Notes: a model not told the origin generated them from the sequence alone. A DNA stretch of 63,565 nucleotides, filler included, from Octopus bimaculoides (GCF_001194135.2; 7 parts of 6 records of this genome joined end to end with filler, not necessarily neighbours in it); one strand, 5' to 3'. Positions 35,912 to 47,780 are shown, numbered from the whole stretch's first letter. Program-made: numbers and translations.

Positions 35912-36090
35912 GTTAGTCTTGGATATGTTATGGTAATAAAAGCCACTGTAAAAGTATTTCGGTTAAGGATGAAGTCTATCATCGAAATAAACAACAGCTA
36001 CGTTGTTTGTGGTTAGAAGCGGTTTCAAACTCAAATTGGATCCAAACGTGTTTTGACCCCCACCTCCCTCCCAATAAGCACAAATATTAA

Positions 36091-36510
36091 GGCAGGGAGC
36101 TGGCAGAGTCGTTAGCACGCCGGGCGAAGTGTGGCATTTCGTCTGTCTTTACGTTCTGAGTTCAAATTCCGCCGAAGTCGACTTTCCCTTTCATCCTTTT
36201 GGGGTCGATAAATTAAGTACCAGTTGCGTGCTGGGGTCGATCTAAACGACTGGCTTCTTCCCCGAAAATTTCAGGCCTTGTACCTAGAGTAAAAAAGAAT
36301 CGTTTGTGCGCTGGGCGAAATGCTTTGCGGTGTTTCGTCCGTCTTTACATTCCAAGTTCAAATTCTGCCAAAGATGACTTTGCGTTTCAACCTTTTGGAG
36401 TTGATAGAATAAGTACCAGTTAACTATTGAGGATCGATGTAATCGACTGCACGCCCATCCCACCTTCCCGCTTCCCGAAGTTGCTGGCCTTGTGCCAAAA
36501 TTGAAAACCA
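36091..36510 (+). mobile_element. Two tandem SINE family B copies
   Basis: Two consecutive copies of GGCGAA..GTTCAAATTC..AAGTACCAGTT..GGCCTTGT. Confidence 0.85.
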
Positions 36511-36544
36511 ACACGTTCAAATATTTATCAGGTTTTCACTTCTC

Positions 36545-36680
36545 CATCTACTACTACTACAACTACTACTACTGCTACTGGTGCTACTACTACAGCCACT
36601 GCTGCTAGGGATGATACGACTACTACTACTACTACTACTACTACTGCTGCTGCTGCTGTTGGTGCTGCTGCTGCTACAAT
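36545..36680. repeat. Compound (CTA)n/(CTG)n microsatellite
   Basis: Direct observation. Confidence 0.9.
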
Positions 36681-36719
36681 TACTTCTTAATTAGCATATT
36701 GGTTACAAATTTTAGCCAG

Positions 36720-37300
36720 AAAACGAGTGGTAAGAGGGAATCGCCTTGCGATGGTACTTTTCTTACAATAAGCTATTTTGACATAATTCCCTCTTTTATT
36801 TATTTCTTCAGAATGGTTTACCATTTCTTCAGTATGTTCCTCACTCACTGGTTGTTCTTGGTACTACTTTACTCATTGTCGATATTTCCCACATCCAAAT
36901 GTAGAAATATTGTCCCCGGGTGGCTGGAAATCCAACCTAATTCAATCCGTTCCTTTTTCTCTTATATTATTCTTGTCCGATAATCGATATTTAAAACTGC
37001 ATAAAATATCGAAAATCCTTTCAAGTTTTCTGAAATTATCACTGTGAATTAATTCTTGTTTTCTAATTTCTTCTCATAATCGTTCAGGTGTTGCATTTGT
37101 GATATTTGCAATATTTTCGTCCATGTTGATCCTATTCCTGGCCACACTCTGCCACCTCTAAATACATTTATTCCCCTTTTTTCTCTGTTGGCATTGCGTT
37201 GCTTTCAATTCTTGTGGTTCTTGTTAAAAATCGTTTGTTTAGGAGTGAAGCTGTGTGTTTTAATCAAGGAATCGTTATCATATTTCATAACTGCTGCTTC
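36720..37300 (-). mobile_element. Possible very old RLE-type RT remnant
   Basis: Minus strand RKVPSQGDSLLPLV resembles the RT QGDSLSPLLF motif; the rest is only weakly similar. Confidence 0.3.
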
Positions 37301-37624
37301 TTTTATGATTTAACAACTATTGTTTTAGGCGTTCTCTATTGTTTTTGTGTTATGTTAGTAGTTTTGTTTCTTTTTCTCGCTTCATTCTTTCCATTTCAGC
37401 CTTTTCGTTGTTGATTCCATTCAGAATCGAGCGATATTTTCTAGAATTTTCTTTCGTTCTCTTTGCGTTTGTTTTTTTCTCTTTTTGTTTTTTGGGGTTG
37501 CTTGCTTAGGTTTTATATATTCTTTTATGTGTAGCATTGAGAAAGAACTTGATGTCTTTGTTACTGCTGTGGACGCTATACAAATGATTTCATACATTAT
37601 GTTGAAATTAATATTGGTTTCAAA

Positions 37625-37921
37625 TTTTGGCACAAGGCCAGCAATTTCAAGGGAGGGGTGAGTCGATTACATCGATACCACTGCTACTCGACTGGTATTT
37701 ATTTCATCGACCCCGAAAGGATGAAGGGTAAGGCCGACCTCGGCGGAATTTGAACTCAAAACGTAAAGGCGGACGAAACACCGCAAACGGTTCTGCCAGC
37801 TCGTCCCCTTATGAAGATGAAAGTCGACTATGGTCGTACTGGAACCCTGAACGTAAAGAGCCGACAGAAATGCCGCTAAGCATTTTGGTCGACGCGCTAA
37901 CGATTCTGCCAGCTCACCACC
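37625..37921 (-). mobile_element. Composite SINE family B with internal partial duplications
   Basis: The CAGAACGTAAAG..GAAAT..CTGCCAGCTC block is repeated on the plus strand. Confidence 0.8.
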
Positions 37922-37954
37922 TTGAAGTGTTTTAATATTGAAACATTTTTTCAA

Positions 37955-38130
37955 GGCGGCGAGGAACTGGCAGAGTGGTTAGCACGCCGGGCGAAATGCT
38001 TAGAGGTATATCGTCTGTCTTCATGTTCTGAGCTCAAACTCCGCCGAGGTCGACTTTGGTTTATGAACTTTCGGGGTTCGTGGTCGATGTAATCGATTTT
38101 TTCCCCCTTCCCTAAAATTTCAGACCTTAT
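37955..38130 (+). mobile_element. SINE family B, head-to-head with the previous copy
   Basis: GGCGGCGAGGAACTGGCAGAGTGGTTAGCACGCCGGGCGAAATG. Confidence 0.85.
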
Positions 38131-38278
38131 AGAAAGCAATCTCATGTTCTGCTACCCAATATAACAAAGGATAGCATTCAATATAGAGCTGTATGATACC
38201 GAGTGTTGGAACCAGAATCCAAGTTTAGCTTTCTATCTTTGAAATCACGGAGGTAGTACCATAGCCAATGAGCGCTAG

Positions 38279-38631
38279 GTACCTCTGCCTTCGTTAAGGC
38301 GGAGGTACTGTTTTCAGTCGTGTTTGTTTGTCCGTGGACAAGATATCTCAAGAACCGCTGGATAGATTCGGATGAAACTTTCAAGCATGTTTGGCCTCGT
38401 GACTGGCACAAAACTGATCGGGTTTTGGGATCGATCCGATACCGGACAACAATTCTGGATTATTTTTCCTGCTTTTTTACTTAATTTTTGAGAGCGGTTG
38501 GGTTCATTTTTAGTATTCTAGCTTATGAGAGCAGTCGAGATATTCTCATTCTAAAAATCCTCTCCGGCTAATCGTCGAGAGCACGTTGGTGTTGCCTTGG
38601 TGGAGGTCTGCGCTCTCTGAGTGCTCTTGTT
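38279..38631 (+). mobile_element. Helentron-associated (HINE/DINE-like) non-autonomous element
   Basis: 5' TACCTCTGCCTT..AAGGCGGAGGTA inverted repeat, GTTTGTTTGTCC microsatellite, 3' sub-terminal TGGTGGAGGT, GCGCTC/GAGTGC hairpin and a TT end. Confidence 0.7.
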
Positions 38632-39137
38632 GAAAATTATTTTCTCATTCATATAATACAGCAATAACGAATTTTGAAATATGCGAAGTGCAAACACAGT
38701 GTCACCTGAAAATATCTTTTAAAACGATGAAAACATCCATAATTTTAAATGGCCTAGAGAGTCATTCCTGATACGTTTTATCCCTGGGACGTTTTCATTG
38801 TCAAGGACAAGTCAAATTGGAGAAAAAACAACCCTTTCAACTAGAATCGAAATTGCATCGCTCACGGCGACGTTTACGGTGATGCTTGTTTACATCCTAG
38901 ATATATGAAATTAATAAAGTAGCTCCCAGGACGTGCGAAATCATATTGCATGCTGGGATCGTAGAATTAATGTTATGAAATAATTAACTTTTAATATTTC
39001 CAGATATGCAACATTACACACTACAATTCCCGACAGAAAACGGTAACAGAGAGCCTTGGGCCTAAGGAGGTGGGGGTGGGGGGGTTCTGTTCTGTTTCAA
39101 GTTGGGGTTTATAATCACGAAAATATTTCGGTATATA

Positions 39138-39306
39138 GGCACAGGAGGGGCTGTGTGGTAAGAAGTTTGCTTCCCAGCCAGACGGTTCCGGGTTCAGTCC
39201 CACTGCATGGCACTTTGGGCAGGTGTCTTCTGCTATAGCTTCGGGCCAACCAAAGCCTTGCGAGTGGATTTGCTAGACGGAAACTGAAAGAAGCTCGTTG
39301 TATATA
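39138..39306 (+). mobile_element. SINE family A, head
   Basis: GGCACAGGAGGGGCTGTGTGGTAAG..GGTTCAGTCCCACTGC. Confidence 0.85.
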
Positions 39307-39308
39307 TA

Positions 39309-39534
39309 CACTATTCCCTCGCCATATTGCGGTTCGCCTATCGCAGTTTATTTTTTAAGCTTACGTCGATTCTGCCATAGTGTTGCTTTGCATTTACAAT
39401 AAAATACATATATACAAATTATAAAAATAATTTTTTAAAATATACAGTACAGTACTGTTTCTACTTCGCGGATTTTCACTTATCGCGGAGTGGGGTTTGG
39501 TACGGTAACACCCGCGATAGTTCAGGGATTGCTG
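39309..39534. mobile_element. Tigger/pogo-type MITE with TA flanks
   Basis: TA|CACTATTCCCTCGCCATATTGCGG ... CCGCGATAGTTCAGGGATTGCTG|TA imperfect TIRs. Confidence 0.7.
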
Positions 39535-39536
39535 TA

Positions 39537-39747
39537 TTCTCTTCTTTTATTTGTTTCAGTCATTTGACTGCGGCCATGCTGGAGCACCACCTTTAGTCGA
39601 GCAAATCGACCCCAGGACTTATTCTTTGTAAGCCTACTACTTATTTTATCGGACTCTTAGGCTGAACCGCTAAGTTACAGGACGTAAACACACTAGCATT
39701 GGTTGTCAAGCGATGTTGGGGGGGGCAGACACAGACACAAACATATG

Positions 39748-39781
<34 letters not shown>

Positions 39782-39923
39782 CGACAGTTTCCGTCTACCG
39801 AATCCACTGACAAATTTTTGGTCGGCCCGATGCTATAGCAGAAAACACTTGCCCAAGGTGGGACTGAACCCTGAACCATGTGGTTGGTAAGCAAGCGGCT
39901 TACCACACAGCCACTCCTGCGCC
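39537..39923 (-). mobile_element. SINE family A, near full length
   Basis: Reverse complement of 33926-34352. Confidence 0.9.
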
Positions 39924-39938
39924 TATATATATGTGTTT

Positions 39939-40022
<84 letters not shown>

Positions 40023-40026
<4 letters not shown>

Positions 40027-40190
40027 ACCACCACTTGAAAACCGGTATTGATGTGTTTACGTCTCCGTATCTTAGCGATAGAATAAGTACCAGACTTTAA
40101 AAAAGAATAAGTCTGAGGGTTGATTTATTCGTTCAGAAGTTTTTCCAAGGCGATGCTCCAGCTTGGTCGCAGTCTAGTGACTGTAACAAA
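40023..40190 (+). mobile_element. SINE family A, 3' portion
   Basis: CCACCACTTGAAAACCGG..GCGATGCTCCAGCTTGGTCGCAGTC. Confidence 0.7.
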
Positions 40191-40479
40191 TAAATGGTAG
40201 AAGATATATATGTCTGAAACATAGTGCTAATTTTATTATCTTTGTAGTTGCTACTGCTACTGATGATGATGATGATGATGATAAATTCGACGACGACGAT
40301 GTTGATGATGATGATGTTAATTGTTAGACCTAATCCATTTAAATTATGACCAAATGCATTCCAGCCGTGGGCGTTCCATTTTATTTCCTGCAGATCATAT
40401 TGTACATTAAGTAAGTCAAAGACTGGAATTTATAGTCTTCACTTACATTTTGATAAATATAAATATTCGTTACCGCGCC

Positions 40480-40640
40480 AGATAAAATACTTTGCGGCAC
40501 TTCGTCCGTCTTTACGTTCTGAGTTCAAATCCCGCCTTCCGTCTTTTCAGGGTCAATAAACTAAGTGCCAGTTGAGCACTGGAGTCGATATAATACCCTC
40601 ACCCAAAATTGCTGGCCTTGTGCCAATTTTTGAAACCATT
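40480..40640 (+). mobile_element. SINE family B, partial
   Basis: TTCGTCCGTCTTTACGTTCTGAGTTCAAATCCCGCC..GCTGGCCTTGTGCC. Confidence 0.75.
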
Positions 40641-40661
40641 ATTAACGTAATTCATTCATAA

Positions 40662-40701
<40 letters not shown>

Positions 40702-40992
40702 GTAAAGGACCCATTTGCATTTCTTCAAAGTCTCAAAAATAATAGTGTAATTAGGACCTTCCAGTTTTATGACCGTAGCGTGTGATCTTAGGAGCTTTTG
40801 ACTGCTATTTCTAACAGTTGCAGCTATTGCTTAAATTTCCTTCCTTGATTTAACAGCGATGTTCAGGTTAGCGGAGAGGGTGATGGTAAGTTTAGGGCGG
40901 CGAAACCCCCGGGTGGGAGAGGGGATTGGATTGCAAACTTTTTCAGGTAAAATGAGAAACATATCTTAGCATTGCACTGAGTTCATGAGCAT

Positions 40993-41312
40993 TATGGCTT
41001 GGCTCTCCGTCGGTTACGACGATGAGTGTTCCAGTTGATACGATCAACAGAAAAGCTTGCTCGTGGAATGAACGTGTAAGTGGCTGAGTACTCCACAGGC
41101 ACGTGTAACCTTAACGTAGTCCTCAAGGAGCTTCAGCATGACACAGACTGCGAGAAAGGTGGCCCTTTGAAATAGAGGTATAACTCATTTTTTCTCCCAC
41201 TGACTGGACTGGAGCAACGCGAAATAAAGTGTCTTGCTTAAGGACATAACGTGTTGGCGGGAATTGAACACACAGCCGGACAGTCGTGAAGCGAATTCTC
41301 TTGTCATTACGC
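40993..41312 (-). mobile_element. tRNA-derived SINE family C (CORE-like central domain)
   Basis: Shares CCGTCGGTTACGACG and CTTAACGTAG with 58799-59402; contains an AAGTGTCTTGCTTAAGGAC segment. Confidence 0.75.
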
Positions 41313-41659
41313 CTTGCGCTTAACATTATAATGAGCAAATTAAAGAATCGGTATTTCGTCAATTAATGTCAAATTAAAGTGGAAGATGGAAATTTGTGCC
41401 GGAGATGATGACTAAGAAGGGAAAATATCGAAATTGGTAAACATAATTTATGGGAAGGCGTGAAGAAATTGGTAAATAGAATGAGTAGTCACAGAGAGAA
41501 AGGAACGAAGAAAGAAGTTAATAAACGGTGAAGACAGATGAAAAGAAAGAAAGACTTTGGGTGTTGCCAGAGAAAATCTTCCAAGTAGAGCAGAACAGAT
41601 TTCTGTGAATCTAATGAGTCAGATTTTAATGGTGTGAGTCAAATTCGAGGATGCGTTGG

Positions 41660-41922
41660 ATAACAACAACAGCAGCAGCAACAGCAACAACAGCAACAGC
41701 AACAGCAATGCTAATAACAAGAATAACACACCTCAGATTAGAAAAGAAATGTCCCCTGCCAACGGCACCGCCTCCCCTCCTCCCCCATCGCCAACTCCAT
41801 CGCCATTCACCAACGGAACAACAAACAAGAACAACAAAAACAAAATGCTGTTTACTAAAACAGCGGTGGAAGCACCGAGTTTGCGGTGGTTGGTGGGTTT
41901 CTTGTTGACTCTGTTGGTAGTG

Positions 41923-41971
<49 letters not shown>

Positions 41972-42276
41972 CAGTAGTAGTAATAGTAGTAGTAGTAGTA
42001 GTAGTAGTAGTAGAGGTAAAAGAAAGATAGATAGTTGATGATGCCGATGATAACAACGATGGTGGTGATGATGATGATGATGATGATGATGAAGAAGAAG
42101 AAGAAGAAGAAGAAGAAGAAGAAGAAGAAGGAGGAGGAGGAGGAGGAGGAGAAGAAGATGAGATGGAAGAAGAAGAAGGAGAAGAAGAAAAGGAAGAAGA
42201 ATGAGAAGAAGAAGAAGAAGAAGAAGAAGAAGAAGAAGAAGAAGAAGAAGAAGAAGAATGATGATGATGATGATGA

Positions 42277-42307
<31 letters not shown>

Positions 42308-42380
42308 AAGAAGAAAAAGAAGAAGTTCAACAATATTCTCATCAGCAACAGAAATATTGTAACAACAACAACAACAACAT
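41660..42380. repeat. Compound trinucleotide array (CAA/CAG, GTA, GAT, GAA, GGA, CAA)
   Basis: Direct observation. It generates spurious homopolymer ORFs. Confidence 0.95.
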
Positions 42381-42755
42381 AACTGCATCACTAAAAGCAG
42401 GAGAGCATCACCATGCGACTGCAGCGAAATATTTATGTAAACAGATGCGAGTTGCAAGAATGAGTAATAATCACAAGTAGAGCATAAAAAAGAATAAGAT
42501 TTAAACAACAACTAAAAAAAAACAACAGAAAACGAACGGATCAGAATAAAAATATAAATGCAAGGATGGAACGGTTTAAATAGAATTAGGTTCGATACAT
42601 GGCTCTGTGACTGATTGGGAGTTTGTCTTGAAATGAAATCAAGACAGAAACCGAAGCAAATGTATGTCTTGAGTTTTATCCTGGTTTTCTGGGGAGTTTT
42701 TAACTTGGTAATGAGTCTATTACTGCATGCACGCAAACGTGTGTGTAGATGTATA

Positions 42756-43331
42756 CGGTCTGATCAAAAAGTATCCGGACTGTTGTTATGGAAATAGAAG
42801 TAAAGTAGGCAGAGGAAAGCTTCTTGGCACGGATCGACCTTGAGCCCTATCGCAAGTGAGCACTATGTTATAACGTTATAACTTGCGTGGTTTGTAGCAC
42901 AGTACTTGAGAGTAGAGTGTGGAGAGTACGGTCGTCTCTCCACGCCACAGAGGTTCCATCAGTGACCATGGAAGAGAAAATGTGTGTGTGTGCATATGTC
43001 TGTGTGTGTGTGTGCGTGTCTGTGTGTGTGTGTGCGTGTGTGTGGAAAGACTTGAAGATTATTACAGCCAAGAATTTTTCCGAAAATCAAATCCCACTTG
43101 AAAGGAACAAGATTTCATGATGTCGAAGAAATTACTGTTAATGCGACGAGGCAGTCGCTCGCAATCCTCGGAAAGGAAGTTCTAGGAACGCTTCTGTCGA
43201 TGGAAATGGTGCTGGATAAAGCGTGTGGTTCCAGAAGGAGACTACTTCAAAGCAGATTCAATGCTGAATTGTAATGTGTTGTAGTTCCCTTTTTATATCA
43301 CCAGATCCCGATACCTTTTAGTCAGACCTCG
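42756..43331 (+). mobile_element. Mariner-derived non-autonomous element with TIRs
   Basis: TA|CGGTCTGATCAAAAAGTATCCGGA ... TCCCGATACCTTTTAGTCAGACCTCG|TA; C-terminal remnant RWKWCWIKRVVPEGDYFK. Confidence 0.75.
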
Positions 43332-43348
43332 TATATATTTGTATATGT

Positions 43349-44035
43349 AGGGGAGACCGGGTCTAGCTGTTACACGGAGAAGTTGTTATAAGCCCATTGT
43401 TTCCAACTTTAAGAAATAGATGGCACTCGGGTCTATATCTCGTGATGGCCAACTCCATAGCATCATAACTGCGCATGTGCATTGCACTGGCGGGTTGTCA
43501 CCAGGAAAGGTATGGCTCAAAAAACGATTTTTTACTCCGAAAGTGAAATTTTGCCACAAAGTTATCTCCTTCACTACTAAAGCACAAGTGGTGCTACTGA
43601 AGTAGTTTGTGGCTCATTAGGAAGTGTTGGACGTTGCCTTCGATACATGAGGGTGTGTCTTGGATGCCAGGCATTGCTAGTGCTGTGTATGAAGTAATCC
43701 CCAGAAATTCACGATCGGGGCTAATTGTTACAGTGTATCAACTTACCCCATACATCTAACAACTTACCCCTTCTATTTCAATTTATCACGCCATGCCTAG
43801 AAATAACAAAAGGAAGACTACAAGGGGGGGATACCCCTCCTGATGTCATGGAAAGAGCCGCCGATTGGAAATGCCTTGTCTGCTCAGATTGGTAATTTCA
43901 ACTCCGTTCCAGGTGAAGAATGGGTGCAATGCAAGATCTGTAAAGACTGGGCACACACTGACTGTCCCGATGGACGACGGGACTTTCTCTGTGATCTGCG
44001 TGATCTGCGTGATCTGTGTGGTGACTACTAAATGG
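43349..44035 (+). mobile_element. pogo-like DNA transposon remnants with a C-terminal PHD finger
   Basis: GTAGGGAGACCGGG..TAGCTGTTACA terminus, repeated AACTTACCCC sub-terminal motifs (43740-43770) and GEEWVQCKICKDWAHTDC..FLCDL..C PHD-like peptide. Confidence 0.55.
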
Positions 44036-44359
44036 GGGACGATTCAGACTAGATGACACATATAACAATGGGGAAATTGGCTGATGGGGACTCTCAGTGT
44101 CACAGTTAGGATATGAGGTGGTGCAAAGCACACTTAATTAATTAAAATAATAGTTCCTAGATGCAAGAAGCACACACGCACACATACCAACGCATGTTTA
44201 CATGTTTACTAACCAAATAGCTATATAATTATTTTTCTGGTCGCGGTTGCCGGAGTGGTTTAACATTTTCATCGCAGAATCTGATTGCCGTTGTCTTTGT
44301 CGACCAACTTAATGCGCTACGTGTCAATTCTCATATATTGTTCCTAGTTGTTTATTAGT

Positions 44360-44560
44360 TGGGATTTATAAAAAAAAAAGACGAAGACGAGTGTGTAAAC
44401 AACAAATAGTTGTATTAGTTTAACGTTCGGGAAGTGAGAAAGTCTTTTACGTTTCGAGTCTACGCTCTTTGACAGAAAGGAACACAGAAATAATCAAGGA
44501 GAGAAAATAGAAAAGGTTTGGTGGCTAGCGATCTATCATGGCGAAAGCCGGACAGAGGGG
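44360..44560 (-). mobile_element. PLE-LTR-like repeat with a degenerate hammerhead (44444-44479)
   Basis: Minus strand CUUU-CUGUCAA-A-GAGCGUAGACUC-GAAA-C-GUA-AAAG. Confidence 0.6.
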
Positions 44561-45545
44561 TTACACAGGAGAGCTAGGGAGAAAGGGAGATAAAAAAAGG
44601 AATGGCGATCCTAAAACGAAGGTGCGCATGCGTATGTATGTGCGTGTGGATATTATTTGTTGTTATTTTGTTTTGTTTTTGTGGCAGGTGGCGATATTGG
44701 TATGACTGTTGCAGTTTAGTGGTGGTTTTCCTTCAGTTCTTAGAGGAGAATATGTCATCACGTCGCTTCACAAAAGGATGTCCATACAATATTTAAGTTT
44801 AAAAAAGCTATTAGTGTATCTCAGGCAACAGGATCGTGGTCCAGTACAGAGAGATGTAACAGGGCGACGCCGTAGTAAGATGGTGAGTGGGGGGGGGGAC
44901 AATGCAAAGAGTAGTAAAGCTGAGCTAGGAGGAAAGAACTACAAGACGTTTTATACTTTTAAACTTTCTAAACTTTTGAAACTTCAGAACCTTTGAATTT
45001 TGGGTTTTCTCAAACTGGGATTTCCAAAGACCTCCTCACAATTCACTGTCCATATTAATATATTTATTGCACGTTTCGCATCTTTTAATTTTCTTCGTGC
45101 ATGCCATATATTCTCGCATAGAGAAGAACAACTCGTTCTAAATCTCTGAGCAAGATATTTACAGTAATAGTCGATGTAATCCACTTACCACCGCCCCCGA
45201 AATTGCTGGCCTTGTGCTAAAACTTTATATCAATACATACATACATATATATGCAGTGAGCGGAGCACCCCTTGTTCGGATAATTACTACTTCCAATGTG
45301 TTTCTAGCTATGAAACATGTGTAGCCTGGATTTTATCTACTTCCATTCCCTAATGTTTGATTTCTATTCGAATACACAACAACCCCTGCTGCTAACCGTA
45401 AGTTATAAAACAATTTTTTTCATCTTATTTGTGCTTCGATATGGGAAACACAACATTTTATGTCAATAAACCACTATTATCCTTGAAAGTTGTTTTTTTA
45501 TAACTTCTACGAAATGCTGGAAATTTACTAACTTCCTACACCTTG

Positions 45546-45581
<36 letters not shown>

Positions 45582-45584
<3 letters not shown>

Positions 45585-45880
45585 GACCCCTTCGGTCATG
45601 AATGACCATGGGATTGCACCTAGAAACTTACCCTCCTAGGCACAAGTCCGGGAAAAGTTGTTTATAGAAGACCGGCAGTCGTCCAGACATACCAGCCTCC
45701 CCTCTCCACACCATCGATATTATCCAAGCTTGGCACCAGTGATGTTGCCACTCATTTCTACAGCTGAGTTAACTGGAGTAACGTGAAATAAAGTGTCTTG
45801 CTCAAGAACACAACATGCAGCCCGGTCCGGGAATCGAACTCACAACCTCGACGCTCTAACCACTGAGCCATGCGCCTTCA
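45582..45880 (-). mobile_element. tRNA-derived SINE family D (CORE-like)
   Basis: Minus head GGCGCATGGCTCAGTGGTTAGAGCG..GAGTTCGATTCCCGG; GTGTTCTTGAGCAAGACACTT segment. Confidence 0.8.
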
Positions 45881-45891
45881 CACACACACAC

Positions 45892-45952
<61 letters not shown>

Positions 45953-46314
45953 TNNNNNNNNNNNNNNNNNNNNNNNNNNNNNNNNNNNNNNNNNNNNNNN
46001 NNNNNNNNNNNNNNNNNNNNNNNNNNNNNNNNNNNNNNNNNNNNNNNNNNNNNNNNNNNNNNNNNNNNNNNNNNNNNNNNNNNNNNNNNNNNNNNNNNNN
46101 NNNNNNNNNNNNNNNNNNNNNNNNNNNNNNNNNNNNNNNNNNNNNNNNNNNNNNNNNNNNNNNNNNNNNNNNNNNNNNNNNNNNNNNNNNNNNNNNNNNN
46201 NNNNNNNNNNNNNNNNNNNNNNNNNNNNNNNNNNNNNNNNNNNNNNNNNNNNNNNNNNNNNNNNNNNNNNNNNNNNNNNNNNNNNNNNNNNNNNNNNNNN
46301 NNNNNNNNNNNNNN

Positions 46315-46347
<33 letters not shown>

Positions 46348-46349
46348 AA

Positions 46350-46515
46350 TACGGCGGGCTTCTTTCAGTTTCCGTCTACTATATCCACTCACAAGGCTTT
46401 GGTCGGCCCGAAGCTATAGTAGAAGAGACTTGCCCAAGGTGCCACGCAGTGGGACTGAACCCGGAACCATGTGGTTGGTAAGCAAGCTACTTACCACACA
46501 GCCTCTCCTACGCCT
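46350..46515 (-). mobile_element. SINE family A, head
   Basis: Reverse complement of the family A head. Confidence 0.9.
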
Positions 46516-46528
46516 ATATATATATATA

Positions 46529-46564
<36 letters not shown>

Positions 46565-46570
<6 letters not shown>

Positions 46571-46650
46571 TGTGACAATTATTCGGCTGCCATAATAAAA
46601 GTCCGAGTTTCAGATGTCGGGACGGAAACTTGCTCCGGCATGCAATCAAA
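46565..46650 (-). mobile_element. Truncated copy of the 48890-49035 hammerhead-bearing repeat
   Basis: Shares TATGTGACAATTATTCGG..CCGAGTTTC.GATG.CGGGG; the CUGANGA half is absent. Confidence 0.65.
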
Positions 46651-46771
46651 ATAGGCTATATATACACATACATACATACATACATTGAACTATATATAGT
46701 TAAGGTAGCTGTCTGTGTATAATTGTCAACAACTTCTGTTTCTGTATTATATGCGTATATATCGGCTGCAA

Positions 46772-46848
<77 letters not shown>

Positions 46849-47559
46849 CGTGTGTGTGCATGCGTGCGCGTGCGCGCATTTTGTACATGTGTGTTTCTTT
46901 GGCTGTGTCTGTATCTGCAACCCTTCACCGCATGATTCATACAAAAGTATCGATTAGTCTTGTGAACTGCCAAATCTAACCTTCTTCCGTCCTCGAAGTT
47001 GAGGTCAAGTTTATATTCTCTTCAGTCCACTAACAGACTCACACCACACGTTAGCCAAAGCTCCATCACCACAAGCCAGCTTGTTAACCTCTACTAAGAG
47101 TTTATTGAACTTGCTAGATATAAGAGTCGGAATTTCCTCAAATATTAGGTTACCGTCTAAAAATACGGAACGATGCGTAACATGGATGTGTCTACAAAAA
47201 ATAGGGGATGGTCATAATGGGAACGCCTTCGGTCACGGGACTGCCTTTACCCAGACAGATCTATGATCAACAACAACAACCACACCTGCTGGCAATTATG
47301 CTGGTCATTAAATTCTGTTGAATGAAAGAAGATGAGATTGAATCTTTGACGGAGAAGGAAAGAGGGATGGCGTACAAGAGAGGAGGAGGGAGGACGTCGG
47401 TATTGATAAAGTGAGGGGTGGGAGGAGAAGGAGATCTTTCAACATTGGTTGCTATAGAGTGATAGGATTGGGAAGTTAGCGATCCGAGAAAGATGTTTAG
47501 CCTCTGGTCAAACCTGACTAAGCAAAACGCCTTCTGGACAGGTCGTTGTTGTTGTGGTT

Positions 47560-47780
47560 TCCTTTATTCTATTACTTGTTTCAGTCATTTGACTGCGGCC
47601 ATGCTGGAGCAACGCTTTTAGTCGAGAAAATCGACCCCCCCCCTGACTTATTCTGTGAAAGCCTGGTACTTATTTGATCGGTGTCTTTAGCCGAACCGCT
47701 AAGTTGCGGGGACTTAAACACACCAACCTTGGTGGTCAAGCGATAGTGGGGGACAAACACAGACATACAAACATCTACAC
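47560..47780 (-). mobile_element. SINE family A, 3' portion
   Basis: TTTCAGTCATTTGACTGCGGCCATGCTGGAGC on the plus strand. Confidence 0.85.

Noticed and set aside
41626-42511. Poly-K, poly-L, poly-F and poly-V ORFs
   Set aside because: Translations of trinucleotide microsatellites; the plausible acidic frame is broken by stops.
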